DNA of 64,000 nucleotides from Caulobacteraceae bacterium (lineage in GTDB: Bacteria; Pseudomonadota; Alphaproteobacteria; Caulobacterales; Caulobacteraceae). The stretch lies in the NCBI GenBank assembly GCA_036502045.1, contig DASXZG010000081.1, positions 22,599 to 86,598 on the forward strand. Reading direction: 5' to 3'. Each line of letters opens with the position of its first letter. Position 1 is the stretch's first letter. This document shows positions 10,082 to 19,005 of the stretch, piece after piece. The notes beneath the pieces were generated by a model that was given only the letters and a program-made list of their open reading frames with translations, searched no databases and was not told the origin of the DNA. Made by a program: the position numbers and the translations under genes.

Positions 10082-10171
10082 CGGACAGCCTCCCTGCTTC
10101 TAGGACCGGCGAACTCTCTCACGCGGGCTCAGAAACACTATTCCTAGAAATTCTATCGGCTTTTAAAGTTC

Positions 10172-10903
10172 CTAGAGCCGACCGGCCTCGTCCAGCCGCT
10201 GCAGCAGCCAGTGACGCGCCGGCGGCGCGGGTCGGTTGAGCGGGCCGAAAACGAACTGCTCGAGGAAGTGGCCCGTCAGGGTCAGGCCCGAGCCGATGTC
10301 GCCCGCCGCCAGCCCACCCTGCGCCGAGAGCAGGAAGCGCGGCAAGGCAAGCAGCCTCGCCTTGTAGGCCTCGCCCGCCGCGGCGCTCACGGCGCGGCCG
10401 GTGCGCGGGCTGACGTAGATCAGGTCGTCCAGCGCTCCGGTGACCGCGCAGCGGGTCAGATCGAGGCCGAAGCCCAGGTCGGCCAGTAGTCCGGCCTCGA
10501 AGCGCACGTACACGGCCGGCCAGATGTCCGCCGCCGCCAGCGCGCCGATGAATGCCTCCAGGCCTAGAAACGCGCCCGGGTGCGGCTCGCGCTCCGGCAA
10601 TGCGGCGGAAGCGACGGCGGCAGCGGCGCCAAGACCCGCCAACGCCAGTGCATCGTCGAAGAGGGCCGCGGGGCCCTCCCCCACCGGCTCCAGGCTGGCC
10701 GCGCCCAACTGCTCGGCGGTGCGGGCGCGGTAGCGGGCCGTCACCCGAGCGCCGGCCTGCAGGAACGGCTTGGAGCGCCGCGACGCCGCGCCGGCGACGT
10801 GAGCCGCGTACTTGCCGTGCGCCCGGGTCAGCAGCTCGACAATCGCGCCGGTCTCGCCGAACGGCCGCGCCGACAGCACATAGGCGTCGTCCTCAAACTC
10901 CAT
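10172..10903 (-). CDS. recO: DNA repair protein RecO
   Basis: MEFEDDAYVLSARPFGETGAIVELLT, FEAGLLADLGFGLDLTRCAVTG, YVSPRTGRAVS. Confidence 0.95.
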   Translation of the reverse strand: MEFEDDAYVLSARPFGETGAIVELLTRAHGKYAAHVAGAASRRSKPFLQAGARVTARYRARTAEQLGAASLEPVGEGPAALFDDALALAGLGAAAAVASAALPEREPHPGAFLGLEAFIGALAAADIWPAVYVRFEAGLLADLGFGLDLTRCAVTGALDDLIYVSPRTGRAVSAAAGEAYKARLLALPRFLLSAQGGLAAGDIGSGLTLTGHFLEQFVFGPLNRPAPPARHWLLQRLDEAGRL

Positions 10904-10992
10904 GCTGCTGATGTAGCGCCTTCCGCATCCGACGCCACGCGTTGCGATCGCGGGCCTCGCGCCTGGAAAGCCGGGCTTAAGGACTGCCGGGC

Positions 10993-12117
10993 ATGCTGAC
11001 CCGGTTCTTCACGCTCGAGCAGGTCATGGTGTCCGCAACCCGCTTCGCGACTGCCCCACGGTGGGTCGCGTGCCTGATCCTGGCGGCGCTGGCGCTGTTC
11101 GTCGTCGCTCAAGTTCCGCTCACGCCGGCGGCAGCCGCAGCCGCGACGGCGGCCGCGCACCCCGTCGCCGACCAGTCCGACGCGACGCTCTTCCGCGCCA
11201 CGGTCGCCGACATGCGCCATGGCGCCGACTTCTACGCCGCCTCGGTGAACGAGCAGCGCGCCCGCAACTATCCGGTCTGGCCGCCGCAGTGCATCCGCGA
11301 GCCAACTGAGGCGCTGCTGCTCTGGCTGCTGCCGAACGAAGCCGCCGCCCGCGTGGTGCTGGTGGCACTGGGTTTGGTGGCCGCCGAGGCGATGCGGCGG
11401 GCGCTGGCGCGGGCCGTGCTGACGCCGCGCGAGGCGCTCTGGGGGGCGGGTATCGTCCTGATCGGCGTCGCCGATGCGCTCGCGCCGCCGGCCACGGTGC
11501 TGCACGAAGTCTGGGCGTCGGACTTTCTCTTGCTATCGCTGGCGTTGCGCCGCGACGATCGGTGGCTGGCGGCCGTCATCGCTGGCGTCGTCGCTTGCCT
11601 GTTCCGGGAACTGGCCCTGCCCTACCTCTGCCTGATGACCCTTCTGGCCGCATGGGAGCGCCGATGGCGCGAGGCCGCCAACTGGTGCGCCGGATGCGCG
11701 CTGTTCGCGGCGCTCTACGTCATCCACCTCAGTCTCGCCGCCGCGCAGCACCACGCCGGCGATCCGACCAGTCCCGGCTGGATCGCGCTCGGCGGCATTC
11801 CGTTCATCATCGCCACGGCCCGCAGCAACGCCCTGTTCGTGATGGCGCCGGCCTGGGTCATCGCGGCTGGGCTGGGGCTGTCGGCCATCGGCTACGTCGG
11901 CGCCCGCGATCGCCTGATTGGCCGCTGCGGCGCCACCCTCGCCCTCTATGCCGGCCTCTTCATGGTCGCCGGCCGCTCCGACAACGGCTACTGGGGCTTC
12001 CTCTACGCGCCGCTGCTGCCGCTGGGATTGGTGCTCGCGCCGCGCGCGTTGAGTGACCTCGCCGCCCGTTTCAACCGCGCACGCCAGAGGCCGGCCGCCG
12101 TCGCGGCGCCCGGCTAG
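10993..12117 (+). CDS. Hypothetical polytopic membrane protein (possibly GT-C-like)
   Basis: 374 aa with many hydrophobic segments, one early extracytoplasmic loop, and motifs HEVWAS, FRELALPY, DNGYWG; high-GC codon usage on the + strand. Confidence 0.7.
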   Translation: MLTRFFTLEQVMVSATRFATAPRWVACLILAALALFVVAQVPLTPAAAAAATAAAHPVADQSDATLFRATVADMRHGADFYAASVNEQRARNYPVWPPQCIREPTEALLLWLLPNEAAARVVLVALGLVAAEAMRRALARAVLTPREALWGAGIVLIGVADALAPPATVLHEVWASDFLLLSLALRRDDRWLAAVIAGVVACLFRELALPYLCLMTLLAAWERRWREAANWCAGCALFAALYVIHLSLAAAQHHAGDPTSPGWIALGGIPFIIATARSNALFVMAPAWVIAAGLGLSAIGYVGARDRLIGRCGATLALYAGLFMVAGRSDNGYWGFLYAPLLPLGLVLAPRALSDLAARFNRARQRPAAVAAPG

Positions 12118-12126
12118 GCGCTGTCG

Positions 12127-13059
12127 CTAGACGTCGAAATCGAGACCAAGGGCCGTGTAGGCGCCGCGCTCGTCCGCCCAGTTCGACTTCACCTTCACAG
12201 TAAGGAAGAGATGCGTCGGGCGGCCGAGAATCTCGGTCAGATCCTTGCGCGACGCTTCGCCGATCCATTTCAGTGTCTGGCCGCCCTTGCCGATGACGAT
12301 GGCGCGCTGGCTCTCGCGCTGGACGAAGATGGTCTGCTCGATGCGCACGCCGCCGTCCTTGCGCTCCTCGAAGGCCGTGGTCTCGACACTGGCCGCGTAC
12401 GGCAGTTCCTCGTGGACCCGCAGATAGAGCTTTTCGCGGGTGATCTCGGCAGCCAGCAGCTGCGATGGCAGGTCGGCGCTCTGATCCTCGGGATAGAGCC
12501 ATGGCCCTTCCGGCAGCAGCTCGCCCAGCCTGCGCTTCAGGTCCGCGATCCCGGAGCCGTCAGCAGCAGAAATCATGAACACTTCGCCGTAGGCGCCGCT
12601 CTCGTCCAGACGCTGAGTCAGCGCCAGCAGGTCCTCGCGCCGCACACGGTCGATCTTGTTCAGCGCCAGGATGGCCTTGCGTCCGGACTCGACCAGGCCG
12701 GCGATCACGGTGCGGACGTCCTCGGCGGCGCGGCGGTCGGCCGCCTTGGCGCCCGGCTTCGCCGCGGCCAGTTCGGCTTCGGCGTCGACGAGGTGCGCCA
12801 CCACGTCCGCGTCGGCGGCCCCCGACCAGGCGGCGCGCACCATCGCCCGATCCAGGCGCCGGCGCGGGCGGAAGATACCAGGGGTGTCCACCAGCACCAG
12901 CTGCGCCTCGCCTTCGATGGCGACGCCGCGCACCAGAAACCGCGTCGTCTGCGCCTTCTGGGTGACGATGGTGACCTTCGAGCCGACCAAGCGGTTGGTC
13001 AGCGTCGACTTGCCGGCGTTGGGGGCGCCGATGATGGCGACGAAACCGGCGCGGGTCAT
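12127..13059 (-). CDS. era: GTPase Era
   Basis: Start trimmed to ATG 13059 (MTRAGFVAIIGAPNAGKST); DTPG, NKID, KH domain IVIGKGGQ. Confidence 0.96.
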   Translation of the reverse strand: MTRAGFVAIIGAPNAGKSTLTNRLVGSKVTIVTQKAQTTRFLVRGVAIEGEAQLVLVDTPGIFRPRRRLDRAMVRAAWSGAADADVVAHLVDAEAELAAAKPGAKAADRRAAEDVRTVIAGLVESGRKAILALNKIDRVRREDLLALTQRLDESGAYGEVFMISAADGSGIADLKRRLGELLPEGPWLYPEDQSADLPSQLLAAEITREKLYLRVHEELPYAASVETTAFEERKDGGVRIEQTIFVQRESQRAIVIGKGGQTLKWIGEASRKDLTEILGRPTHLFLTVKVKSNWADERGAYTALGLDFDV

Positions 13060-13739
13060 GGCTCGACCTCGGCCAGCAGCGCCAGCGCCGCGGCCTTTTC
13101 GGCCGCCTGCCGCGAACCTGCAATGGCGCTCGCTGCGGGTGTGCCGGCGACCTCGACTTCGACGGTGAACATTGGTGCGTGGTCCGGCCCGGTGCGGCCC
13201 ACAAGGCGATAGACCGGGGCGCTGCGGCCGGCTTCGGCCGCCCATTCCTGCAGCCGCGACTTCGGGTTGGCCGAGCGCTCGTCGTGCGGCCGCGCCATCA
13301 GCGGCGCCCAGGCCGCCAGCACCCGCGCCTTGGCGATGTCCAGCCCCGCGTCGAGATAGAGGGCCCCGATCACAGCCTCGCAGGCGTCGGCGAGGAACCG
13401 CGCCTGCTCCCGCGCGCCGCGCTTGGTCTCGCCGCCCGCCAGCCGCAGCGCCGGCCCTATGCCCAGCGCCGCGCCGACCTCGGCGCAGGCGTCCCGGCTC
13501 ACCAGCACGTGCAGGCGCTTGGAGAGCGGCCCGGCTTCCGCGACCGCGTCGGCAGCCAGCAGGGTCTCGGCCATGACGAGCGCCAGCACCCGGTCGCCCA
13601 GGAACTCCAGCCGCTCGTTGTCGCCTTCCTTGGCGCCGACGCTGGCATGGGTCAGCGCCCGCTCCAGCAGCGCGCGGTCGCCAAAGCTGTGGCCAAGCCG
13701 CCCTTCGAGCTCCGCGACCGCGATGGCGCGCCTATCCAT
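13056..13739 (-). CDS. rnc: Ribonuclease III
   Basis: DNERLEFLGDRVL signature, ADACEAVIGALYLD, C-terminal dsRBD (NPKSRLQEW, GPDHAP). Confidence 0.96.
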   Translation of the reverse strand: MDRRAIAVAELEGRLGHSFGDRALLERALTHASVGAKEGDNERLEFLGDRVLALVMAETLLAADAVAEAGPLSKRLHVLVSRDACAEVGAALGIGPALRLAGGETKRGAREQARFLADACEAVIGALYLDAGLDIAKARVLAAWAPLMARPHDERSANPKSRLQEWAAEAGRSAPVYRLVGRTGPDHAPMFTVEVEVAGTPAASAIAGSRQAAEKAAALALLAEVEP

Positions 13740-13757
13740 GGCGCGGCCCGCCGGAGA

Positions 13758-14663
13758 TCAATGCAGCACCTTGAAAAAGCGATCGAAGCGCAGATCGGTG
13801 AACCAGGTCCAGGGCTTGAACAGCGTCGCCTTGCTGTTGTCGCCCTCGTCGATGCCGGTGTCCCACGAGACCAGCACGATCTGCGCCTTTCCGACCAGGT
13901 TCTCTTCCGGAACGAAACCGACGCCGGCCTCGGGACTGGAGAGGAAGTCGGTGACGCCACAGCCGGCCAGCTTCGGATCGTCCGGCGGCAGCTGCGGGTC
14001 GAAGCGGCTGTCCAGGCTGTCGTCGCGATTGTCGCCCATCATGAAGTAGCAGTGCGGCGGCACCACGAAGACTGGCGTGTTGTTGGCGTTGGGGGCGTCC
14101 AGGCCTGAAGGGTCGGCCGCCGCCGGATCGACCTGGGTCAGGTAGATCTTGCCGTCTGGATTGGTCTCCAGCTGCCCCTTGAGCCCTGGCGGATCGATGG
14201 TGCCTTTGGCCGTCGGCGGCAGCGTCGCGGTCTGTTCTGGCGCTTCCTGCCCATTGATGTAGAGCCGGCCGCCCTTCATCTGCACCTTGTCGCCAGGCAC
14301 GCCGATCAGGCGCTTGATGAAGTTGGTGTGGCCGTCGTGCGGCAGGGCGAAGACGATGATGTCACCGCGCTTGGGCGGCTGGAAGAACAGGCGGCCGGGG
14401 GCGAAGGTCGGCAGCAGGTCGAGGAACGGCACCGACTTCTGGCTCCAGCCGTACGACCACTTCGAGACGATGATGTAGTCGCCGCGGAACAGGTTCGGTT
14501 CCTCCGACGCCGACGGGATGGTGTAGGGCTGGAACAGCACCACCCGCAGCACCAGCGCGATCAGCAGCGCGTAGACGACGGTTTTGACGATCTCCGCCAG
14601 TTCGCCGAGGAAACCTCCGCTCTTCTTCTCGGGCGCGGCAGGCTTGGCTTGGGCGTTGGTCAT
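13758..14663 (-). CDS. lepB: Signal peptidase I
   Basis: QPYTIPSASEEP (Ser), FIKRLIGVPGD (Lys), FMMGDNRDDSLDSR, VPEENLVGKA. Confidence 0.95.
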   Translation of the reverse strand: MTNAQAKPAAPEKKSGGFLGELAEIVKTVVYALLIALVLRVVLFQPYTIPSASEEPNLFRGDYIIVSKWSYGWSQKSVPFLDLLPTFAPGRLFFQPPKRGDIIVFALPHDGHTNFIKRLIGVPGDKVQMKGGRLYINGQEAPEQTATLPPTAKGTIDPPGLKGQLETNPDGKIYLTQVDPAAADPSGLDAPNANNTPVFVVPPHCYFMMGDNRDDSLDSRFDPQLPPDDPKLAGCGVTDFLSSPEAGVGFVPEENLVGKAQIVLVSWDTGIDEGDNSKATLFKPWTWFTDLRFDRFFKVLH

Positions 14664-14708
14664 GCGATGTCCGGTGAGGCGCGGCCGGGCCGCGCGGTGG
14701 GCGCGTAG

Positions 14709-15158
14709 CTAGACGCTGGATACCTGCCGGGCAAGCGTCTCGCCCGTTACATCTCGCTCATGCGGCGCCAGCGCCTCGATGACCACGAACGCCAGCGCGT
14801 AGGGATGGTCGTCGGTGAGGCTGAGGTGAATGTGCGGCTCCAGCCCTGGCGGCGTCAGCGCCGTCAGCCGCTTGGCGGCCCCGCCGGTGAGCTTCAGCGT
14901 CGGGGCGCCGGAGCGGGCGTTGACCACGCCCATGTCGCGCCAGAACACGCCCGCGCGCAGGCCGGTGCCCAGCGCCTTGGCGCAGGCCTCCTTGGCCGCG
15001 AAGCGTTTGGCGTAGCTGGCCGCGCGGTCCTGCTTGCGATCGGAACGGGCCCGCTCCACGTCGGTGAAGATGCGGTTGACGAAGCGCTCGCCGAAACGCT
15101 CCAGCGTCGCCTCGATGCGACGGATGTCGGCAAGGTCGGAGCCCAGGCCGATGATCAA
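14709..15158 (-). CDS. acpS: Holo-[acyl-carrier-protein] synthase
   Basis: [34 protein letters not shown]; TTG start overlaps the pdxJ stop. Confidence 0.95.
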   Translation of the reverse strand: MIIGLGSDLADIRRIEATLERFGERFVNRIFTDVERARSDRKQDRAASYAKRFAAKEACAKALGTGLRAGVFWRDMGVVNARSGAPTLKLTGGAAKRLTALTPPGLEPHIHLSLTDDHPYALAFVVIEALAPHERDVTGETLARQVSSV

Positions 15159-15940
15159 GCCGCGGCCTCGTCGCGCGCGGTGTCCATCAGCCCGCGCATG
15201 CGCCGGATAGCCGGGTCGAGCCCGGTGAAGATCGCTTCGCTGATCAGGAAGTGGCCGATGTTAAGTTCGGCCATCTGCGGAATGGCGGCGATCGCGCCGA
15301 CCGTCTCGTAGTCGATGCCGTGGCCAGCGTGGACCTCCAGGCCGGCGTCCGCCGCCAGCCGCGCCCCGTCCTGCAGCGCCGCCAGCAACTCCGCCGCCTG
15401 CGGCCGTCGTTCGCGCACCGCCAGGCAATAGGCGCCGGTGTGCAACTCCACGACCTGCGCGCCGATCTCGGCCGCGGCGCGGATCTGCGCGACGTCCGCC
15501 TCGATGAAGAGCGAGATGCGGATGCCCGCGGCTTTCAGGGTGTTCACGCATGGCGCGATGCGGTTGTGCTGCCCGACCACGTCAAGCCCGCCCTCGGTGG
15601 TCACTTCCTCGCGGCGCTCCGGCACGAAGGCCGCGGCGTGGGGCCGGTGCGCCAGGGCGATGGCCTCCATCTCCTCGGTCACCGCCATCTCGAAGTTCAG
15701 CGGCTTGCCGCGCTTGCGGGTGAGCGTCGCCAGCGCGGCGATGTCGGCGTCGGAAATATGCCGGCGATCCTCGCGCAGGTGAGCGGTAATGCCGTCGGCG
15801 CCGGCCGCCATGGCGATCTCCGCCGCGCGCGCCGGATCGGGATAGCCCTCGCCGCGGGCGTTCCGGATGGTCGCCACGTGGTCGATGTTGACGCCGAGGC
15901 GCAGGCGGCGCGGACGGCCCTGGAACGGACTCGTGCTCAT
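15155..15940 (-). CDS. pdxJ: Pyridoxine 5'-phosphate synthase
   Basis: [49 protein letters not shown]. Confidence 0.97.
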   Translation of the reverse strand: MSTSPFQGRPRRLRLGVNIDHVATIRNARGEGYPDPARAAEIAMAAGADGITAHLREDRRHISDADIAALATLTRKRGKPLNFEMAVTEEMEAIALAHRPHAAAFVPERREEVTTEGGLDVVGQHNRIAPCVNTLKAAGIRISLFIEADVAQIRAAAEIGAQVVELHTGAYCLAVRERRPQAAELLAALQDGARLAADAGLEVHAGHGIDYETVGAIAAIPQMAELNIGHFLISEAIFTGLDPAIRRMRGLMDTARDEAAA

Positions 15941-15987
15941 GAGCGCCTATGTAGCGAGACGACGCGGCCAGCGCGAGAGCCGCAGGC

Positions 15988-17049
15988 TCAGGCGTCGCCT
16001 TCCTGAGCCAGGCGCCGGAACTCGCTGGGCTGAATGCCGTAAGCCTGCCGGAACCAGCGCGAGAAGGCGCTGAGGCTTGCGAAGCCCACCAGGGCGGTGA
16101 CCTCGCCCAGCGGCGCGGCCCCGTTCTTCAATTGCTCGACCGCCACCTCGCGGCGCGCCGCCTCCAGCAACTGGGTGAACGAGGCGCCCTCGGCGGCCAG
16201 ACGCCGGTGGATCGTGCGCCGGTCGACGCCCAGCCGCTGCGCCACCTCATCGACGCCGCAGATCCCCTCCGGCAACAGGCGCAGGATCAGCGCGGCCACG
16301 CTGTCGACGGCCGTCGCCGCGTGCGGCGTGGTGTTGGTCTCGATGTAGCGGGCGATCTCGCGCGCCATCTCCGCATCGGTCTCGGGCAGCGGCGTGGCGA
16401 GATCGGCGGCGCTCAGCACCAGTCCGTTCACGCCGGCGCGGAACTCCACCTCGCCGAGAACGCGGCGATAGAAGCTGGTGTCCGCCGGCGCGGAGTGGGC
16501 GAAGGTGACGCGCACCGGCCGCCAGTCCTCGCCCAGCAAAGCCCGGAACATCTGCACGTACATGGTCACCGTCAGTTCGACCATCAGCCGGCTGGAGCGC
16601 GTCCGCGGGCTGAGCAGCATCGGCGTCACCATCAGCCCGTCGCCTTCGGCCTCGACCCGCAGTTCGACGTTTTCGTTCTGATAGCGGAGGTAGCGGCGCA
16701 GCGCCTCCAGCGCCTGGCGCACGTTGGGCTGCTCTCGCATGAGTAGGCCCAGCGGCCCCTTCATCGACAACCGGAATGCTCTGCCCACGTACAGGCCGAA
16801 TTCTTCGCAAGAGGCGGCTCTGGCGGAATCGGCGATCAGCGCCTGCACTTTGTCCGCCGGCACCCGCACGTCGGTCCGATCGAGCGCGGCGACCGGCAGC
16901 CCGGCGCGCCGGAGCATGTGGTACGGGTCGAGACCGAACGAGCTGGCTGCCTCTGCGTAAGCGTTCAGGAGGCCGCTGCGGATGAAGCGAGGCCGAGCCT
17001 CATGCTCTCCGATGTCACCGTATGCAAACTTGACGTCACGACTGGACAA
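15988..17049 (-). CDS. AraC-family transcriptional regulator (long N-terminal ligand-binding domain)
   Basis: C-terminal double HTH (VAQRLGVDRRTIHRRL...VGFASLSAFSRWFRQAYGIQPSEFR); the N-terminus resembles OruR/VqsM-type AraC proteins. Confidence 0.9.
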   Translation of the reverse strand: MSSRDVKFAYGDIGEHEARPRFIRSGLLNAYAEAASSFGLDPYHMLRRAGLPVAALDRTDVRVPADKVQALIADSARAASCEEFGLYVGRAFRLSMKGPLGLLMREQPNVRQALEALRRYLRYQNENVELRVEAEGDGLMVTPMLLSPRTRSSRLMVELTVTMYVQMFRALLGEDWRPVRVTFAHSAPADTSFYRRVLGEVEFRAGVNGLVLSAADLATPLPETDAEMAREIARYIETNTTPHAATAVDSVAALILRLLPEGICGVDEVAQRLGVDRRTIHRRLAAEGASFTQLLEAARREVAVEQLKNGAAPLGEVTALVGFASLSAFSRWFRQAYGIQPSEFRRLAQEGDA

Positions 17050-17321
17050 AATTTGAGTTCCTACTGGCCGACGAGCCCGTAAGACAAATGGTTAACGCCC
17101 GCTCTGTCCCTCCAATTAAGCGCAACATGTGCGCTGACCTTGGCGGACTTCGAGGGCCCTCGCCGACCCCCAAAATATCGCAATGCCGCCACATTTCAAC
17201 CTATCCGGCACCCTGGGTAGAGCAGGGGCAACCGCGAATAGGGTTAACGTGCTGACGACGCCCGGAGCGGCGCCGCTTGCCAACTTAGCCGTAATCTGGG
17301 CTTTTCTTTGGCTTTACTGCG

Positions 17322-17340
17322 TTAATCCAATATTCACCAT
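17322..17340 (+). promoter_or_regulatory. Putative CtrA binding site upstream of the gcrA-like operon
   Basis: TTAA-TCCAATA-TTCACCAT: TTAA-N7-TTAA with one mismatch plus a CCAT tail. A TTAACCAT half-site lies on the minus strand at 17088-17095. Confidence 0.55.
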
Positions 17341-17489
17341 GATGCGCGGGCCGTGCGGCAGCTTGTATCATAGTGACATGTCAGAGCCTCCAGTAGCTTC
17401 AAACTACAGCGACCGACCATCGTCACTGGCCCGCCGGACACTTCTTCGACGTCCGTGCACGGGTGAGGCTCAACCTGGAGGCAAGCGTC

Positions 17490-18035
17490 ATGGACTGGAC
17501 CGAAGACCGTATCTCCACCCTCGCCAAATTGTGGCGCGAAGGCTTTAGCGCCAGCCAGGTTGCGCGGCAGCTCGGCGGGGTTTCCCGCAGCGCCGTGATC
17601 GGAAAAGTTCACCGCCTGGGCCTCGCTGGCCGCGAACTGCCCAGCCGGCCCGCCGCCAGCACCCGCGCCGCGGCCCGCGTTCGCGCTTCCGCTGGTGGCG
17701 TCCGCCGCCAGAGCGCGCCGCGCGCCCAGCGCCCTGAAACGCCGGCCGCCCCTCGCGTCGCTTTCGAAGTCGCGCCGACCGCGACGCTGACCTCGCTCAC
17801 CGAGAGCGGCTGCCGCTGGCCCATCGGCGATCCCGGCGAAGCCGGCTTCGGCTTCTGCGGGCGGCTGCGCAACGGCGCCGGCGTCTACTGCGCCGGTCAC
17901 GCCCCGATGGCCACGCGCCGTCGCGAGACGCCGATGAAGACCAAGGAAATCGACCACATCGTCAGCCGCTACGTCGAAAGCGCCAACTGGTCGCGCAGCG
18001 GTGGCGGCCGCGAAGACATCCGCGCCCTGATCTAG
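17490..18035 (+). CDS. GcrA-family cell-cycle regulator paralog
   Basis: GGAGG RBS then MDWTEDRISTLAKLWREGFSASQVARQLGGVSRSAVIGKVHRLGL (GcrA HTH), a low-complexity linker, and CRWPIGDP...FCG...YCAGH. The C-terminal tail diverges from canonical GcrA. Confidence 0.92.
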   Translation: MDWTEDRISTLAKLWREGFSASQVARQLGGVSRSAVIGKVHRLGLAGRELPSRPAASTRAAARVRASAGGVRRQSAPRAQRPETPAAPRVAFEVAPTATLTSLTESGCRWPIGDPGEAGFGFCGRLRNGAGVYCAGHAPMATRRRETPMKTKEIDHIVSRYVESANWSRSGGGREDIRALI

Positions 18036-18058
18036 AACCCGTCAGCCGACTGCTCGCC

Positions 18059-18721
18059 ATGTCCTCCCCCGTCCTCGACAAGCTGCACGTGATGGTAACC
18101 GGTGTCGACACCGCGATCGCCCGCGACGTGGTGCGGCTGCTGGTGGCCGAGGGCGCGAGCGTGATCGCCGCCGACCGCGACGCCGAAAAGCTGGCCAGAC
18201 TGGATCGGGACGTCGGCCTCTACCGCACGCGGGTCGAGACCGCCGCGATCGACCTCTCCAACATCAGCGAGATCCGCCTCTGGGAAACCTCGCTGCGGGC
18301 CTTCAACCGGCTGCCGCACCTGATGGTTTGCTGCTGCGGCTCGCCTGCCTGCGCGCCGGTCGCCAAAACCTCCGGCGCCCGTCGCCACCTGAGCGACGTT
18401 GCGCTCTCCGAACACAAATCCCGCAACTGCCCGGCCGCCGTGGCCGAGCGGGTGCTGGCGCCGACATTGTTCCTGCATGCCGAGCCGCTGCGGCGCTCGG
18501 CGTTCGACCGCGCCCTCTCGGTGCTGCGCCATCCCACGCTTCGCGGCGTGCTGGAGCGCGGACCCGGCCGCGGCGTCTTCAGTCCCGAGAGCGTCACGCC
18601 CTACGTGCGGATCGCCTCTCACGTCTACTCCATGCGCTGTCAGCTCGACGGTGACGCTCCGGCGCGCCTGCGCCTCAGTCCCCCGACCGCGGACGCGCCG
18701 CGGCAGGCCGGCGCCGCCTGA
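18059..18721 (+). CDS. Hypothetical protein with a degenerate SDR/Rossmann-like N-terminus
   Basis: LDKLHVMVTGVDTAIARDVVRLLVAEGASVIAADRD...AIDLS resembles SDR beta1-alpha1-beta2, but the TGxxxGxG glycines and YxxxK are absent; 23 bp downstream of the gcrA-like gene. Confidence 0.7.
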   Translation: MSSPVLDKLHVMVTGVDTAIARDVVRLLVAEGASVIAADRDAEKLARLDRDVGLYRTRVETAAIDLSNISEIRLWETSLRAFNRLPHLMVCCCGSPACAPVAKTSGARRHLSDVALSEHKSRNCPAAVAERVLAPTLFLHAEPLRRSAFDRALSVLRHPTLRGVLERGPGRGVFSPESVTPYVRIASHVYSMRCQLDGDAPARLRLSPPTADAPRQAGAA

Positions 18722-18744
18722 TCGACTTCAGAAGGAAGCTCGCT

Positions 18745-18993
18745 ATGACCACTCTGATCTTCATCGAGAACGTGCTGGGCAGCGGCCAGGTGGTGAAGCT
18801 CACCGAAGACTTCGGCGACTACTCCGTGTCGCGAGACCTTCGCCCCGGCGAGAACGCGCGGCTGGTGGTCAGCCCCTTCAAGTCGATCGCTGTCGAGGAA
18901 GTGCCGATGGCGCAGTCCGAGACGCCCGCCAACGAAGAACGGCGGATCTTCCATTTCCCGGCCCCGCTGACGCTGGAGCGTCGGTTCGGCTGA
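18745..18993 (+). CDS. Small hypothetical protein (82 aa)
   Basis: AGAAGGAAG RBS, ATG start, beta-rich non-repetitive sequence; 23 bp after the previous gene. Confidence 0.72.
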   Translation: MTTLIFIENVLGSGQVVKLTEDFGDYSVSRDLRPGENARLVVSPFKSIAVEEVPMAQSETPANEERRIFHFPAPLTLERRFG

Positions 18994-19005
18994 CCCCGCA
19001 GTACC

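Noticed and set aside
7010-10147. 1045-aa plus-strand ORF
   Set aside because: Antisense shadow of parC and its neighbours; Arg/Gly/Ala-rich with no motifs, as expected from high-GC codon bias on the opposite strand.
17183-17548. ORFs in or overlapping the gcrA-like upstream region (17183-17548 + and 17334-17957 -)
   Set aside because: No RBS, atypical codon usage, and overlap with the clear GcrA-family gene; the region is better explained as regulatory DNA.
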